Positions 40,991 to 51,582 of a stretch of DNA of 64,000 nucleotides are shown here, piece after piece (the stretch's first letter is position 1; the number at the start of each line of letters is the position of its first letter). Location: assembly GCA_964592195.1 (NCBI GenBank), contig CAZQEI010000002.1, positions 77,240-141,239 on the forward strand. The letters run 5' to 3'. Source of the DNA: an uncultured Gammaproteobacteria bacterium (GTDB lineage Bacteria > Patescibacteriota > Patescibacteriia > UBA11705). The notes beneath the pieces were generated by a model that was not told the DNA's origin, did not search any database, and saw only the letters and a list, made by a program, of their open reading frames with translations. The position numbers and the translations under genes are program-made.

Positions 40991-41365
40991 TTATTTACAA
41001 CGTTCAACCAAGCGCAGAGATTGTTCGGTGGTCATTAGAGGGGTGATTATTTTTTCCAATTCAATTCGTTTATCGTCCGGCAAATTTGCAAGTTTACCAG
41101 TGATAGCCGTCATCACACGTTCAACGATAAAATTGATAGTATTGCGCGTGATAGATTCTTTATCGCGAATTGGTTCATCATTAATCTTAATCTCTGGTAA
41201 TACAGCGATTGAATCAGCCCAATCATCGAGTTGTTGACGATAAGGTTGACGAATTTTGTCGTATTCAATATCAAAAATAAACAACGCCCCGAAAATAACA
41301 TTCATCGTTTCTCGTTCACGACGACGTTGTTCGAGCAATTGTTGGCGGATTGGATCTTCATTCAT
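40991..41365 (-). CDS. hypothetical protein
   Basis: 124-aa ORF co-oriented with its neighbours, AT-rich leader. Confidence 0.6.
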   Translation of the reverse strand: MNEDPIRQQLLEQRRRERETMNVIFGALFIFDIEYDKIRQPYRQQLDDWADSIAVLPEIKINDEPIRDKESITRNTINFIVERVMTAITGKLANLPDDKRIELEKIITPLMTTEQSLRLVERCK

Positions 41366-41463
41366 ATAATTACGAATTTACGAATCTGTTACGAATGTGT
41401 ACGCCATATCATTCGATATGGCTGTCATGTCGAATGACATGACGAATTATTAATGTGGAATAA

Positions 41464-42264
41464 TTATTTATTAACAATGGTTTGTCGTTTATTTTTAATG
41501 TGATGATAAACAAACCAAGTGCCGGCGATCAACAATAGGACGGCAACGGTGATGGTGAAATATTCGGTATAATGACGAACCGTGGCCCAATTTTTTCCAA
41601 GGATCCAACCAAGGTAAGTTAAAAACGAATTCCACAGAGTTGCGCCAATTAAAGTATAAACAATAAATTTACTTAACTTCATTTTCCCCATACCAGCAGG
41701 CAAAGAAATCAAATGACGAACAATAGGGATGAAACGGCTTATAAAAATAGTTCGCTCCCCTCTTCGAGCAAACCAATGTTCAGTTTTTTGTAAATCTGTG
41801 GCATCCAACAAAAAGTATTTCCCAAATTTATTTACAAAGCGATGGCCGCCGTAATAACCAATATAATAGGAAAATAAGGAACCGATAATGCTTCCTATTG
41901 AGCTAAATAATATTACCAGCCAAACATTTAAGTTACCCTGAACAGCAAGAAATCCGGCGAAGGGCATGACTAATTCTGACGGCACAGGAAAGATCATGCT
42001 TTCCATTATCATTAACAATAAAACTCCTGGGTAACCAAGGTATTCAATAATGCTTGAGATTAATTGACCGGCGTGAGTAAGAGATTGGATAAGGAGGGAA
42101 AGCCAGTTGGGGGGTAAGAAATAAAAAAAGAAAACAAGAAAGCAAAAAAGCAAGGCAACACCTGTAAGAGGAACTGATTTTCGCGTAGGACGAGGCCAAA
42201 CGCGCCATGGACCACTAGGTCGTTGGCGAAAAAAAGAAATAAATGAGTTTAGATGTTTTTTCAT
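41464..42264 (-). CDS. DedA family membrane protein (true start probably internal)
   Basis: ESMIFPVPSELVMPFAG, SRFIPIVRHLISLPAG. Confidence 0.93.
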   Translation of the reverse strand: MKKHLNSFISFFRQRPSGPWRVWPRPTRKSVPLTGVALLFCFLVFFFYFLPPNWLSLLIQSLTHAGQLISSIIEYLGYPGVLLLMIMESMIFPVPSELVMPFAGFLAVQGNLNVWLVILFSSIGSIIGSLFSYYIGYYGGHRFVNKFGKYFLLDATDLQKTEHWFARRGERTIFISRFIPIVRHLISLPAGMGKMKLSKFIVYTLIGATLWNSFLTYLGWILGKNWATVRHYTEYFTITVAVLLLIAGTWFVYHHIKNKRQTIVNK

Positions 42265-42330
42265 TTGATTAATATGTTTAAGTGACTAGTGAATAGTGAC
42301 TAGTGACCAGGAACTAGTACATGGAATTTA

Positions 42331-42834
42331 TTATTTAATTAAATCGGCAACGAAATATTTGGTTAGTAAATTCCAGGCGAAGTTGGAGTGGATGGCGGCA
42401 AAGACGGCGGAACTTTCTCCTCCGCAATAATCATAAATTTTTTGCTTTCCACCCGGATGGTTACCAATATAGGTTGTCACATTATAAACTTTGCTGTTTA
42501 CAATTAAATAACAATCATTGGGTGAATTGTGCGCTGAAACTTGCGCTGCAGTTAATCCCGCGGCTGGTGCTGGTGTATTTACGACTGGATTAGGTTTATT
42601 AACTGGAGTATTTACAACTGGCGCTGGTTTATTAGTTGGAGTATTAACTGCAGCGACTGGTTTATTGACCGGCGAGTTAACTGGCTTAGTTGGTTGATTG
42701 ACGACTGAATTATTCACTGGTGGATTATTAAGTGAGATTGACGTTGGATTCAAGTTAACGCCAAAACCCACACCGATCAAACCAGCAACAATGACTAAAA
42801 AGATAACTAACACGAGCCAAGTAATTTTTTTCAT
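42331..42834 (-). CDS. membrane-anchored cytochrome b5-like heme-binding protein with Pro/Asn linker
   Basis: HNSPNDCYLIVNSKVYNVT...HPGG...IHS. Confidence 0.9.
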   Translation of the reverse strand: MKKITWLVLVIFLVIVAGLIGVGFGVNLNPTSISLNNPPVNNSVVNQPTKPVNSPVNKPVAAVNTPTNKPAPVVNTPVNKPNPVVNTPAPAAGLTAAQVSAHNSPNDCYLIVNSKVYNVTTYIGNHPGGKQKIYDYCGGESSAVFAAIHSNFAWNLLTKYFVADLIK

Positions 42835-44690
42835 ATTAATTCTTGTTGTATAGCTACTAATTTATTATAATATTTTTTTATTCTATTATATTTCTCAAAA
42901 ATATTCCCTGTTTCCGTACTTATAGGATCATCAGATCTGATAAGGTCATTTCTACCATTTAATGCCAATTCATATTTAAGACCAAGAGCTTTTCCATACA
43001 AATCATCATACTGCTCATTTACTCTGGCGGCCTTAACGCACACTTTTTTTATTATCTCCAATCGTTTATCTATCGGTAAAGTATAAAAATCCTCATGACG
43101 ACAATAAACTTTTAATAATTTAGTAAAGTCATCTTCAGTTATTTTATGCCCAAGAGAAAGGTGTAAATAACCATCCTGCATTTCTTGCATTTGCTGTATG
43201 GTTGACACCCAATTTCTTAATTGAGCAGATATCTCTGAAAAATTGTCCGAGAAATCCAATGGTAAAATTAGGTTTTTAATTATAATCGGAGAAAATCTTC
43301 GATTAACTACTTCTTGAATTTTAGCAAAAACCTCTTTGTCTATTTCTATCGGCAAGATTTTTATTTTTTCTCTATCCTCCACTCTCGACGCATGAACAAA
43401 AGATTGATTATCTTCAAAGCCCAATTGAACTAACCCATCAAAAATCGCCTGCAATTCATCCAATATCACAATAATCGGTTCCATTCTCAAATAATTACTA
43501 CTTAAACTTCTTTCTAAATATGCTTCAAGCTCCACAACCTGAAAGGGCGATACATAATCCTCCGCTTTTTGATGTACTATTTCCGGGTTTCTAATTAATG
43601 ACAACAAAACAGATACCGGAATTACTTTTGTATTCTTAAATAACCACCACCACTCAAAATCTTCAGAAAAAATCCGGTTTTCATCAAACTCTTCTTTCGA
43701 TGTATCAATTAACTTTAATCGGTCAGATAAATCAGCCAAATTTTCACTCACAGAAATAATCGGCCACAAGGTTTTGGCAGGAACATCAAAATATTTCAGT
43801 CTCAATAGCTCATTCATCACTTGTCGCCAGTCAGGACTATAATGCTCCCGAAAAATTTTATCTGGATCAAACATTTTATCGCTAAAAATCCCTCCCGGAT
43901 TAAGGCAATATTCCCCATGCTTGGCATATGCCGCTAACTCATCCAAGGCTCTCCAGTCGCGCATTTTCCGACCAACCACATAACGTGAGTAAAACAAATG
44001 TTGAAGTTCATGATCAACCACGTCTTGACCAACGCCAGCTTTAATAAACCCAAGCTTCCGATTAAAAACAAATAATCGCTTATCCCAACCTTCGTGCATT
44101 ACCATTACAGGTGTTTTATGTGCCAAACCTACAGTAGTTGAATTGGCAATTTCATCATACGGAGATAAAGTTTGATAATCTTCATCTCGCAAACATTCCA
44201 CAATTACAAAAGGTGGTCGATCAGCATGAAAAATATAATCCTTGGGGTCTTTGCTAATTACCGGCAAAAATCTTAAAAAACTCTTTTGCAAAATATCGTC
44301 GTCTTTTAATAATTTCCACGGCTCCGGCGATTGATCAACCACATAATCTCCAGTAGCTGAAGCGCGCATAAATTCTTCACTGGATGTATACAAAACTCTA
44401 ATGGCTTCAATTTCATCACCAACATCTGAGATCCAATCATTCACTCCCGCCTCTATCCAACTCTTTTGCATCTCACTCGCCTTGGCTCCCAATTTTCGAG
44501 CCTCAGTTAAAATTCTTGCAACTATTTCCGGCTGTCCCAAATTAGGATTTTCCCATAAAACTTTTTCCGCCACTTCCAAAAGCACCTCCATAGTTTGGCG
44601 ATGATATTCTTTTTTTATTTCCGGTTGACTCTTTTCCCTAGCAATCTGAGCCGGATCTTTTTCTTTAATTAATGGTCGTAACTCAAACAT
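42831..44690 (-). CDS. large hypothetical protein with HExxH...E zincin motif (paralog A)
   Basis: VDHELQHLFY ... ALDELAAY. Confidence 0.65.
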   Translation of the reverse strand: MFELRPLIKEKDPAQIAREKSQPEIKKEYHRQTMEVLLEVAEKVLWENPNLGQPEIVARILTEARKLGAKASEMQKSWIEAGVNDWISDVGDEIEAIRVLYTSSEEFMRASATGDYVVDQSPEPWKLLKDDDILQKSFLRFLPVISKDPKDYIFHADRPPFVIVECLRDEDYQTLSPYDEIANSTTVGLAHKTPVMVMHEGWDKRLFVFNRKLGFIKAGVGQDVVDHELQHLFYSRYVVGRKMRDWRALDELAAYAKHGEYCLNPGGIFSDKMFDPDKIFREHYSPDWRQVMNELLRLKYFDVPAKTLWPIISVSENLADLSDRLKLIDTSKEEFDENRIFSEDFEWWWLFKNTKVIPVSVLLSLIRNPEIVHQKAEDYVSPFQVVELEAYLERSLSSNYLRMEPIIVILDELQAIFDGLVQLGFEDNQSFVHASRVEDREKIKILPIEIDKEVFAKIQEVVNRRFSPIIIKNLILPLDFSDNFSEISAQLRNWVSTIQQMQEMQDGYLHLSLGHKITEDDFTKLLKVYCRHEDFYTLPIDKRLEIIKKVCVKAARVNEQYDDLYGKALGLKYELALNGRNDLIRSDDPISTETGNIFEKYNRIKKYYNKLVAIQQELI

Positions 44691-44696
44691 ATTAAA

Positions 44697-46544
44697 TCAT
44701 TCTTTTGCATTTACAAGTGCCTCTTTCATTTTATCGCGAAGAGCCACGAGCATTTCAATACTCTTATAAATATTTATATTTAAATACTTTGAAAGCTGTA
44801 AATCACCCTGATCCCAAGGTTTCCCCAAAGATACCAGCTCAGATTGCACCGTACCAAGTTCGCTCAATAAATCCTTTCGCTCATCCATCATTTTCAAAGT
44901 TTTTTCAGTAAGCTCTTTTACAATGGAAGCCCTTTTCTCTAATGTCAAATTTACGAAATCATCACCGCCGCAATATGTTTTCAACAAAGCATTAAGATAC
45001 TCAAGCTCAATATCTTGATTGTCACGTAACCAAGTGAATTTATTTTCCATACTGTCTATCGCCTTCAATTGCGATTCCAAGGATCGCAAGAAAAGAACCA
45101 CAGAATGGAAATCTCCGGAAAAATTTTTCTCTATGTCTAACGATCCCAAAGCACCACAACTAAAATTTTGATTTACCATTTTTTGCAATTTTTCAATAAT
45201 ATCAGGATAAATATTAATAAAAAAACCACCAGTCTTAGCTTTTAAACTCAAATCATTTTCATCTTTATATCCAAGTTCCGTCAAACCCTGAAAAACACCC
45301 TGTAAATCGCTAAGCATCAAGATAATAGGATCTAAATAACGATTGGCACTCTTTAAACATTTCTCCAAGTACGGATTTAATTCATTGGATTGGAAGTAAG
45401 TCATAGCGGCTGAGGCGGCAAAACCCAAACTAGCTGGTGTCGCTTTTTTCTTCACATCCGGTGAAAGCTCGGCATGATGTTTAAAAAACCAAGGCCAATC
45501 AATATCCCCTTTTTTTATCCGACTAGAATCAAAATTATCTGGATCAACCTTTACTTTCTGTAAACGAAATTTTAAATCCGCCAAATTTAAGCTGGTTGAA
45601 ATTATTGGCCAAAGAGACTTCGCTGGGACTTCATGATATTGCAATCGCAACAATTCATCTCGAACCTCTCTCCAATATTCATCATATCGATGCTTAAATA
45701 TCGCCTCGTCATCAAGACGGACATTACTAAAAACGCTATCTGGTTTTATACAATACTCACCCCCTTTAGCATACGCCGCTAATTCATCAATAGCACGAAC
45801 ATGAAAATATTTACGAGGTGCAACATATCGATTATAAAAAAGATGTTGCAATTCGTGATCACGCACCGATCTATCAACCCCACCCCGAATAACACCAATT
45901 TTACCAACAAAGGCTTCCAATCTAGGATCCAAGGGTTGATCCATATTAACAGGACGCAATTTTTGAGAATTGATAAACGCTAAACCATTGCTACTATGAC
46001 GACTTGAGGCAGATTCATCATAGGGAGACAACGCTTGATAATCTTTTATATTAAAGCATTCAATAATAATAAAAGGTGGACGATTCACATGAAAACGAAA
46101 ATCCCGACGATTACTACTTTCCACAGGTAATAAGGCCAATAAACTTTCTTTTAAATCTCGATCATCTTCTAATAACTTCCAAGGCGAATCATTATTATCT
46201 AGCGCTTTAACTCTAGAAGGACGAGAACTATTCTCATATAAAGCACGGATGGCATCAATCTCTTTCCCTATATCTAAAGTCCATTCATCCACCGATTCTT
46301 CCACCCACCGACGTTGAGTCTCACTAGCGTGAGCGCCAAATTCCCTAGCAGAGGATAAAATTTTATCCACTAATTCTGGACGACCAAGATTGGGGTTTTT
46401 CCACAATACTTTTTCAGCTTCACGCAAAATAATTTCCATTGCCTGAATATGGTATTCTCGTTTAATGCCTATGTCATTCTTTTGTCTAGCCACCAGCTCT
46501 GCGCTTTTATTTGGTTGTATTAATGGGTGTAAGGTTTCAAACAT
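44697..46544 (-). CDS. large hypothetical protein with HExxH...E zincin motif (paralog B)
   Basis: RDHELQHLFY ... AIDELAAY; start MFETLHP aligns with MFELRP of paralog A. Confidence 0.65.
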   Translation of the reverse strand: MFETLHPLIQPNKSAELVARQKNDIGIKREYHIQAMEIILREAEKVLWKNPNLGRPELVDKILSSAREFGAHASETQRRWVEESVDEWTLDIGKEIDAIRALYENSSRPSRVKALDNNDSPWKLLEDDRDLKESLLALLPVESSNRRDFRFHVNRPPFIIIECFNIKDYQALSPYDESASSRHSSNGLAFINSQKLRPVNMDQPLDPRLEAFVGKIGVIRGGVDRSVRDHELQHLFYNRYVAPRKYFHVRAIDELAAYAKGGEYCIKPDSVFSNVRLDDEAIFKHRYDEYWREVRDELLRLQYHEVPAKSLWPIISTSLNLADLKFRLQKVKVDPDNFDSSRIKKGDIDWPWFFKHHAELSPDVKKKATPASLGFAASAAMTYFQSNELNPYLEKCLKSANRYLDPIILMLSDLQGVFQGLTELGYKDENDLSLKAKTGGFFINIYPDIIEKLQKMVNQNFSCGALGSLDIEKNFSGDFHSVVLFLRSLESQLKAIDSMENKFTWLRDNQDIELEYLNALLKTYCGGDDFVNLTLEKRASIVKELTEKTLKMMDERKDLLSELGTVQSELVSLGKPWDQGDLQLSKYLNINIYKSIEMLVALRDKMKEALVNAKE

Positions 46545-46545
46545 A

Positions 46546-47826
46546 TTAAAAATTAAATTCTTCTGAATGAATATTCTTGCGATTGACACCGAGAGTAATT
46601 AATTCCTTGGTCAAGCTGGTAATCATTCTCGGCGGGGCACAGATATAAATTTGTTTTTTGATAATCGGTTCAGAAATTTTTGCAATCACTTCCGCTTCTA
46701 AACGACAATTTTGGTCAGAGTAGAAAGTCATCATCCGAACTCCCGGAGCAAAGGACTCCAACAATTCCCGATAAACTAATTGGGTTTTATTTTTGGCGCT
46801 ATAATACAAATCAATATCACCGGCTTTGGGTTTCAAAGCTTTGAGACGACTAACAAAGGGAGTAATTCCAATACCGCCAGCTATCCAAATTTGATTATGA
46901 ACATCATCATTATTTGGAAAAAATTGACCAAATTGACCGTCAACCGTCACCATTGAACCGATTAATTCATTATCAATTTTACCAGTATAATCTCCCAAGT
47001 TTTTTATTGTTAATGTTAAAAACTTTTCATTGGGACTGGAAGAAATAGAAAAGGGATGACTTTCACGACTGATTTTTTTATTTTTAATTTTAATAAACAC
47101 ATATTGACCGGCTTGAAAATTCATAGCATCTCCTACGGGTAACATTTTCACCTCAACAATATTATCAACCAACTTCACCACTTCATCAATCTTGTAAATA
47201 AATTTCTTTCTAAATGGATTATTTAACAATGTGTGATAAATAAATAATATTAAAGCTACAAAAATAATAGTTAAAATGTAAACACGCAGGGGCCAGAAAC
47301 GAGAAACATCGCTGGCAATTAACCAAATATGCAAACCAGCCAAGAAGAATGCCAAACCCATAAACTTGTGCGTCCATTTCCACCAATGGTAACGAGGTTT
47401 CAAATACAAGGTTAAAACAATTAAAATGATCAATAAGGTTAGAGCGAAGATGCCCCAATTAATTGACCAGACATCACCCGGCAATAAAAAGCCAGCCACG
47501 GCGGAGAGAACATTCCCGGTGTATTTTGGGATTAATAATAACGGATGGCACAATAAAAGAATGAAACCGACTTGACCTAGATTGTTATGTTGTGCGTAAA
47601 CACGATTTAAACCGGCGTAAAGTTTATCAAATATTTTTAATCGCGCGCTTAAAATCAAACTTAACGCAAATAAAACTGTACCGACCAAACCGCAGATTTG
47701 TCCGAAGTTGGCCAGAGTGGTAGTTAAATTACTAAAGCGAGCAACCGGAGCTGGGGCAAAGAACCACAAAATAACTGGAATAATTAACAATATAAGTATG
47801 GTAAGGTTAATTTTATTTTTGTTCAT
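46546..47826 (-). CDS. ferric-reductase-like transmembrane flavoprotein
   Basis: TM domain with His ligands, HPFSISS, IAGGIGITPF, final EEF. Confidence 0.92.
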   Translation of the reverse strand: MNKNKINLTILILLIIPVILWFFAPAPVARFSNLTTTLANFGQICGLVGTVLFALSLILSARLKIFDKLYAGLNRVYAQHNNLGQVGFILLLCHPLLLIPKYTGNVLSAVAGFLLPGDVWSINWGIFALTLLIILIVLTLYLKPRYHWWKWTHKFMGLAFFLAGLHIWLIASDVSRFWPLRVYILTIIFVALILFIYHTLLNNPFRKKFIYKIDEVVKLVDNIVEVKMLPVGDAMNFQAGQYVFIKIKNKKISRESHPFSISSSPNEKFLTLTIKNLGDYTGKIDNELIGSMVTVDGQFGQFFPNNDDVHNQIWIAGGIGITPFVSRLKALKPKAGDIDLYYSAKNKTQLVYRELLESFAPGVRMMTFYSDQNCRLEAEVIAKISEPIIKKQIYICAPPRMITSLTKELITLGVNRKNIHSEEFNF

Positions 47827-48006
47827 AATTGAAAAAGGTAAGCTTTAGAGATTGCTTCGTCACCCCGCTAAGCGTGGTTCCTCGCAAATGAGGGAATGTT
47901 ATCCTATTAATATACAATTTACTGATGATGAATATTTCCCCGGGATCAAATTCAGGGTATTGACAGCATCGCTGTCAACTACGGGATGGGTGGGGTGGGA
48001 AATATG

Positions 48007-48354
48007 TTAAATTAATTTTATTTTGATACCTAAAACTCCGTATTTTTGTTCTTCTTCTGTGGAATAGAATTGGTGCAATAAATCAAGTAAAGCCTGTTTG
48101 TCGTTGTTTTCAGCACCAAAAGTGGACAAGGGGAAATCCGCAATCAAATCATTAAAATTCTGATAGCGCAAAAGTCCAGTGACTTCGACGGATAATTTTT
48201 CCGTTAACTCAGGCATACAGGTAAACTCAATAGTATCGCCAAGGTTAATTAACTGACGTTTTTCATCGAATAAACGGAGTTCGATGGTTTTCGTGCCTCT
48301 TTTGATCGCGATGAATGGGGCGGATTGTAGTTTCATTTCATGATGCATAGACAT
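48007..48354 (-). CDS. ASCH domain protein
   Basis: FIAIKRGTKTIELRL.DEKR..I..GD.I.F, EEQKYGVLGI. Confidence 0.9.
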   Translation of the reverse strand: MSMHHEMKLQSAPFIAIKRGTKTIELRLFDEKRQLINLGDTIEFTCMPELTEKLSVEVTGLLRYQNFNDLIADFPLSTFGAENNDKQALLDLLHQFYSTEEEQKYGVLGIKIKLI

Positions 48355-48393
48355 TGACCCAGCTGCTCGCGAGCGGTTGGGTTGACCAACGAT

Positions 48394-48425
48394 AAAATAT
48401 TGCGCATTACTGCGGTAAATGTTAT
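48394..48425. repeat. 32-bp perfect direct repeat (second copy 49062-49093)
   Basis: AAAATATTGCGCATTACTGCGGTAAATGTTAT on both sides of one gene. Confidence 0.92.
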
Positions 48426-49057
48426 TTAGCTGAAACTTTTAACGAAGCATGATCAGGATCAATTTCAAATTTTACATTTCCTGTTTCTAATGCTTTTTTC
48501 ACTGAATCCAACATTGCCAACTCATCTTGAGCTTGTTTTCTATATCTTTCCAAAGAATCTTCATATCTTTCCGGATTCGCTTGCATATCTCTCAAAGTGT
48601 TTTCTCGTGTCGCTCGCATATAGGCCTCAACTGTCCGCGCCACCGCTTTCTTCTCATCAACAGTCACTCCTTGCCATAAATCCTGACTTGTTTTTTGTTG
48701 CTCATCTTTGGCAGGTAAAAAACGGTACAATTTGGGACGGAGAGGCTGGACGCTATATCTAATCCGAGAAGAAATAGTTGAATCTAATTTTTTCGGAATT
48801 ATATTTATATCGATCCAAATACCATAAAATTTATTTGCGCCCATTAACCCGGTAAATTCAACTTTTTCATAAGCGTCAATACTCTCAATAGCATGCCCGC
48901 TATGTTCTATAATCTTCGCCAAGACACCACTACCTTTTAACATAAGAAAAATAATACCTGCCGCACGGTTACATTTTTCTTCCTCCGTGGCCTGCGATTC
49001 TAAGCCTTGGCCTAAATTTTTAAAAACATTATAAAAACTCTGGACTGGATTCTTCAT
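48422..49057 (-). CDS. hypothetical protein bracketed by 32-bp direct repeats
   Basis: ORF from MKNPVQ; the stop codon lies inside the repeat. Confidence 0.7.
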   Translation of the reverse strand: MKNPVQSFYNVFKNLGQGLESQATEEEKCNRAAGIIFLMLKGSGVLAKIIEHSGHAIESIDAYEKVEFTGLMGANKFYGIWIDINIIPKKLDSTISSRIRYSVQPLRPKLYRFLPAKDEQQKTSQDLWQGVTVDEKKAVARTVEAYMRATRENTLRDMQANPERYEDSLERYRKQAQDELAMLDSVKKALETGNVKFEIDPDHASLKVSAK

Positions 49058-49311
49058 AATAAAAATATTGCGCATTACTGCGGTAAATGTTATGATTTTT
49101 TTATCAACAGTAACCTTTCAAAATATTTTTCACCGAAATTTCCAAATTTTAACTGCAAATTGTCAAAATTTCGTCAGTTTATAACCAATAAACCTCCTCA
49201 ATTTTTACAATTTTCGTTTAGAAAATTTTTAAATCTCGCTGTAATAAACATTTTAAAAGCTTCCTGTTATATTATACAGGAAAATAAACAAAATCGGAAA
49301 TCTAACGAATT

Positions 49312-51360
49312 ATGGAATTTAAGCTAAAATCTGATTACAAACCAGCTGGGGATCAACCAAAAGCGATTGATCAACTGATTTTTGGTTTGGGAAAGAAGCA
49401 ACGGCATCAAACTTTGTTGGGCGTCACCGGTTCAGGCAAGACGTTTACAATTGCAAATGTAATTAACAAAGTGCAAGAACCAACGCTAGTCATTGCCCAC
49501 AATAAAACGCTGGCTGCTCAGTTATGTAATGAATTTCGTGAATTCTTCCCAGAAAATGCGGTCGAATATTTTGTTAGTTACTATGACTATTATCAACCCG
49601 AAGCTTATATTCCTTCTTCCGATACTTACATTGAAAAAGAATCACAAATTAACGAAGAGATTGATCGACTGCGCCATGCCTGCACACAGTCTTTACTTTC
49701 ACGAAAAGATGTAATTGTTGTAGCGTCAGTTTCCGCGATTTACAATCTTGGTTCACCTCGGGAATATGAAAGCGTACTATTACACTTTGAGCAAAATCAA
49801 AAAATCGATCGGCGCGAAATGTTAGAAAAATTGGTAGCCATGCAATTCAATCGAACGAACAGTGACTTGTTACGTGGCACTTTTCGATTAACCGGCCAAA
49901 TATTGGAAGTGATGCCAGTAAATGAAGAAACCATTTTCCGATTTGAAATTGCAGAAAAAATTGTTAGTATTGAAAAAATCGATCCAGTTAGTCGCAATGT
50001 CATTACCACTGTTCACGATGTCTGGTTATTCCCAGCTAAACATTATGTTTTAAATCCCGACGTACGTGATCGTGCGTTTGAAAAAATCAAAGGAGAATTG
50101 GATGAGCGTTTAGTAGAATTCAACAAAGAAGGTAAATTGCTGGAAGCTGAAAGATTAAGCCGCAGAACACGATATGATTTGGAGATGATTAAAAATGTAG
50201 GCTTTTGCAGTGGCATTGAAAACTATTCTTTATATTTTGAAGAACGAGAACGCGGCACTCCCCCATTTACATTATTAGATTACTTCAAAGAGTGTTCTCC
50301 GGATTTTTTAACTGTGGTCGATGAATCGCACGTGACATTACCGCAAATTCGCGGCATGTATTTTGGTGACCGCTCAAGAAAAGATACTTTAGTGGAACAT
50401 GGTTTTCGTTTACCGAGCGCCAAAGATAATCGACCGTTAACCTTTGACGAATTCCACGAACGAGTTAACCAAATGATTTTTGTTTCTGCCACACCAGCTG
50501 ATTTAGAATACAAAATTTCCGATCAAATCGTAGAACAAATCGTTCGTCCAACTGGATTAATTGACCCAGAAGTAATTATTAAACCAGTAACAGCAGATCA
50601 AAATAGTCCATCCCAAATTGATGATTTAATGGATCGCATTCATGATCGTGTTGAGAAAAATGAACGTTGTCTGGTTACAACATTAACTAAAAAGATGGCC
50701 GAGGATTTAACTGATTATTTAAAAAAGAAAAACATCAAAGTCAGTTATTTGCATAGCGACATTGATACGCTGGAAAGAATTCAAATCATCACCGATCTTC
50801 GTAAAGGAGAAATCGAAGTCATCGTCGGGGTTAATTTACTGCGTGAAGGTTTAGACATGCCTGAAGTTTCGTTAGTGGCTATTCTCGACGGTGACAAAGA
50901 AGGTTTCTTGAGAAATGATACTAGCTTGATTCAAACCATCGGACGCGCGGCGCGTAATGCGAACGGACAAGTATTAATTTACGCTGATAGAATTACTGAT
51001 TCAATCAAACGTGCACTAGAAGAAACCAATCGTCGTAGAATTATTCAATTACAATATAATAAAGATCACGGGATAACGCCGAAGACGATTGAGAAAGCGA
51101 TTAAGAATATTCTTGAGGAATTTGGGCTGACTGCTGGGAAGAATAAAGAAAGAAAGCAAGAAAACAAGAAAACAAATAACGCATTGAAAATTGAATTAGA
51201 AGTGGACAAGAGACCGGTGGCGGAAATTATTAAAGAAAAAGAAAAGCAGATGAAAGAGGCGGCGAAGGCGTTGGAGTTTGAGTTGGCGGCACTGTTGAGG
51301 GATGAGTTGCGGGAGTTGAAGAATAAGAAAGCAAGTCCCGCAAAACGGGATCCCGCCTAG
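49312..51360 (+). CDS. uvrB: excinuclease ABC subunit B
   Basis: LLGVTGSGKT, FVSYYDYYQPEAY, DESH, QTIGRAARN, C-terminal UVR domain. Confidence 0.99.
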   Translation: MEFKLKSDYKPAGDQPKAIDQLIFGLGKKQRHQTLLGVTGSGKTFTIANVINKVQEPTLVIAHNKTLAAQLCNEFREFFPENAVEYFVSYYDYYQPEAYIPSSDTYIEKESQINEEIDRLRHACTQSLLSRKDVIVVASVSAIYNLGSPREYESVLLHFEQNQKIDRREMLEKLVAMQFNRTNSDLLRGTFRLTGQILEVMPVNEETIFRFEIAEKIVSIEKIDPVSRNVITTVHDVWLFPAKHYVLNPDVRDRAFEKIKGELDERLVEFNKEGKLLEAERLSRRTRYDLEMIKNVGFCSGIENYSLYFEERERGTPPFTLLDYFKECSPDFLTVVDESHVTLPQIRGMYFGDRSRKDTLVEHGFRLPSAKDNRPLTFDEFHERVNQMIFVSATPADLEYKISDQIVEQIVRPTGLIDPEVIIKPVTADQNSPSQIDDLMDRIHDRVEKNERCLVTTLTKKMAEDLTDYLKKKNIKVSYLHSDIDTLERIQIITDLRKGEIEVIVGVNLLREGLDMPEVSLVAILDGDKEGFLRNDTSLIQTIGRAARNANGQVLIYADRITDSIKRALEETNRRRIIQLQYNKDHGITPKTIEKAIKNILEEFGLTAGKNKERKQENKKTNNALKIELEVDKRPVAEIIKEKEKQMKEAAKALEFELAALLRDELRELKNKKASPAKRDPA

Positions 51361-51582
51361 CGGGAAAAGCAATAAAGCAAAAAACAATTCCATACTACGG
51401 AAAAGATGGATTGGAATTAAGAATTAGGAATTAAGGGGAAAAGGATTAGCGACTAGGGACTAGGAATTAGGTATGAGGTATGTTGGATGAGGTACTGGCG
51501 GCTAGGGGCATGGGATGATTGACTTAATTGAGATTGCCACGTCCCGATAAATCGGGACTCGCAAAAGAGGTAGTCTAAAAAA

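Noticed and set aside
39468-41450. Periodic repeats as a CRISPR array
   Set aside because: Units are 7-9 nt, degenerate and contiguous, with no unique spacers and no cas genes.
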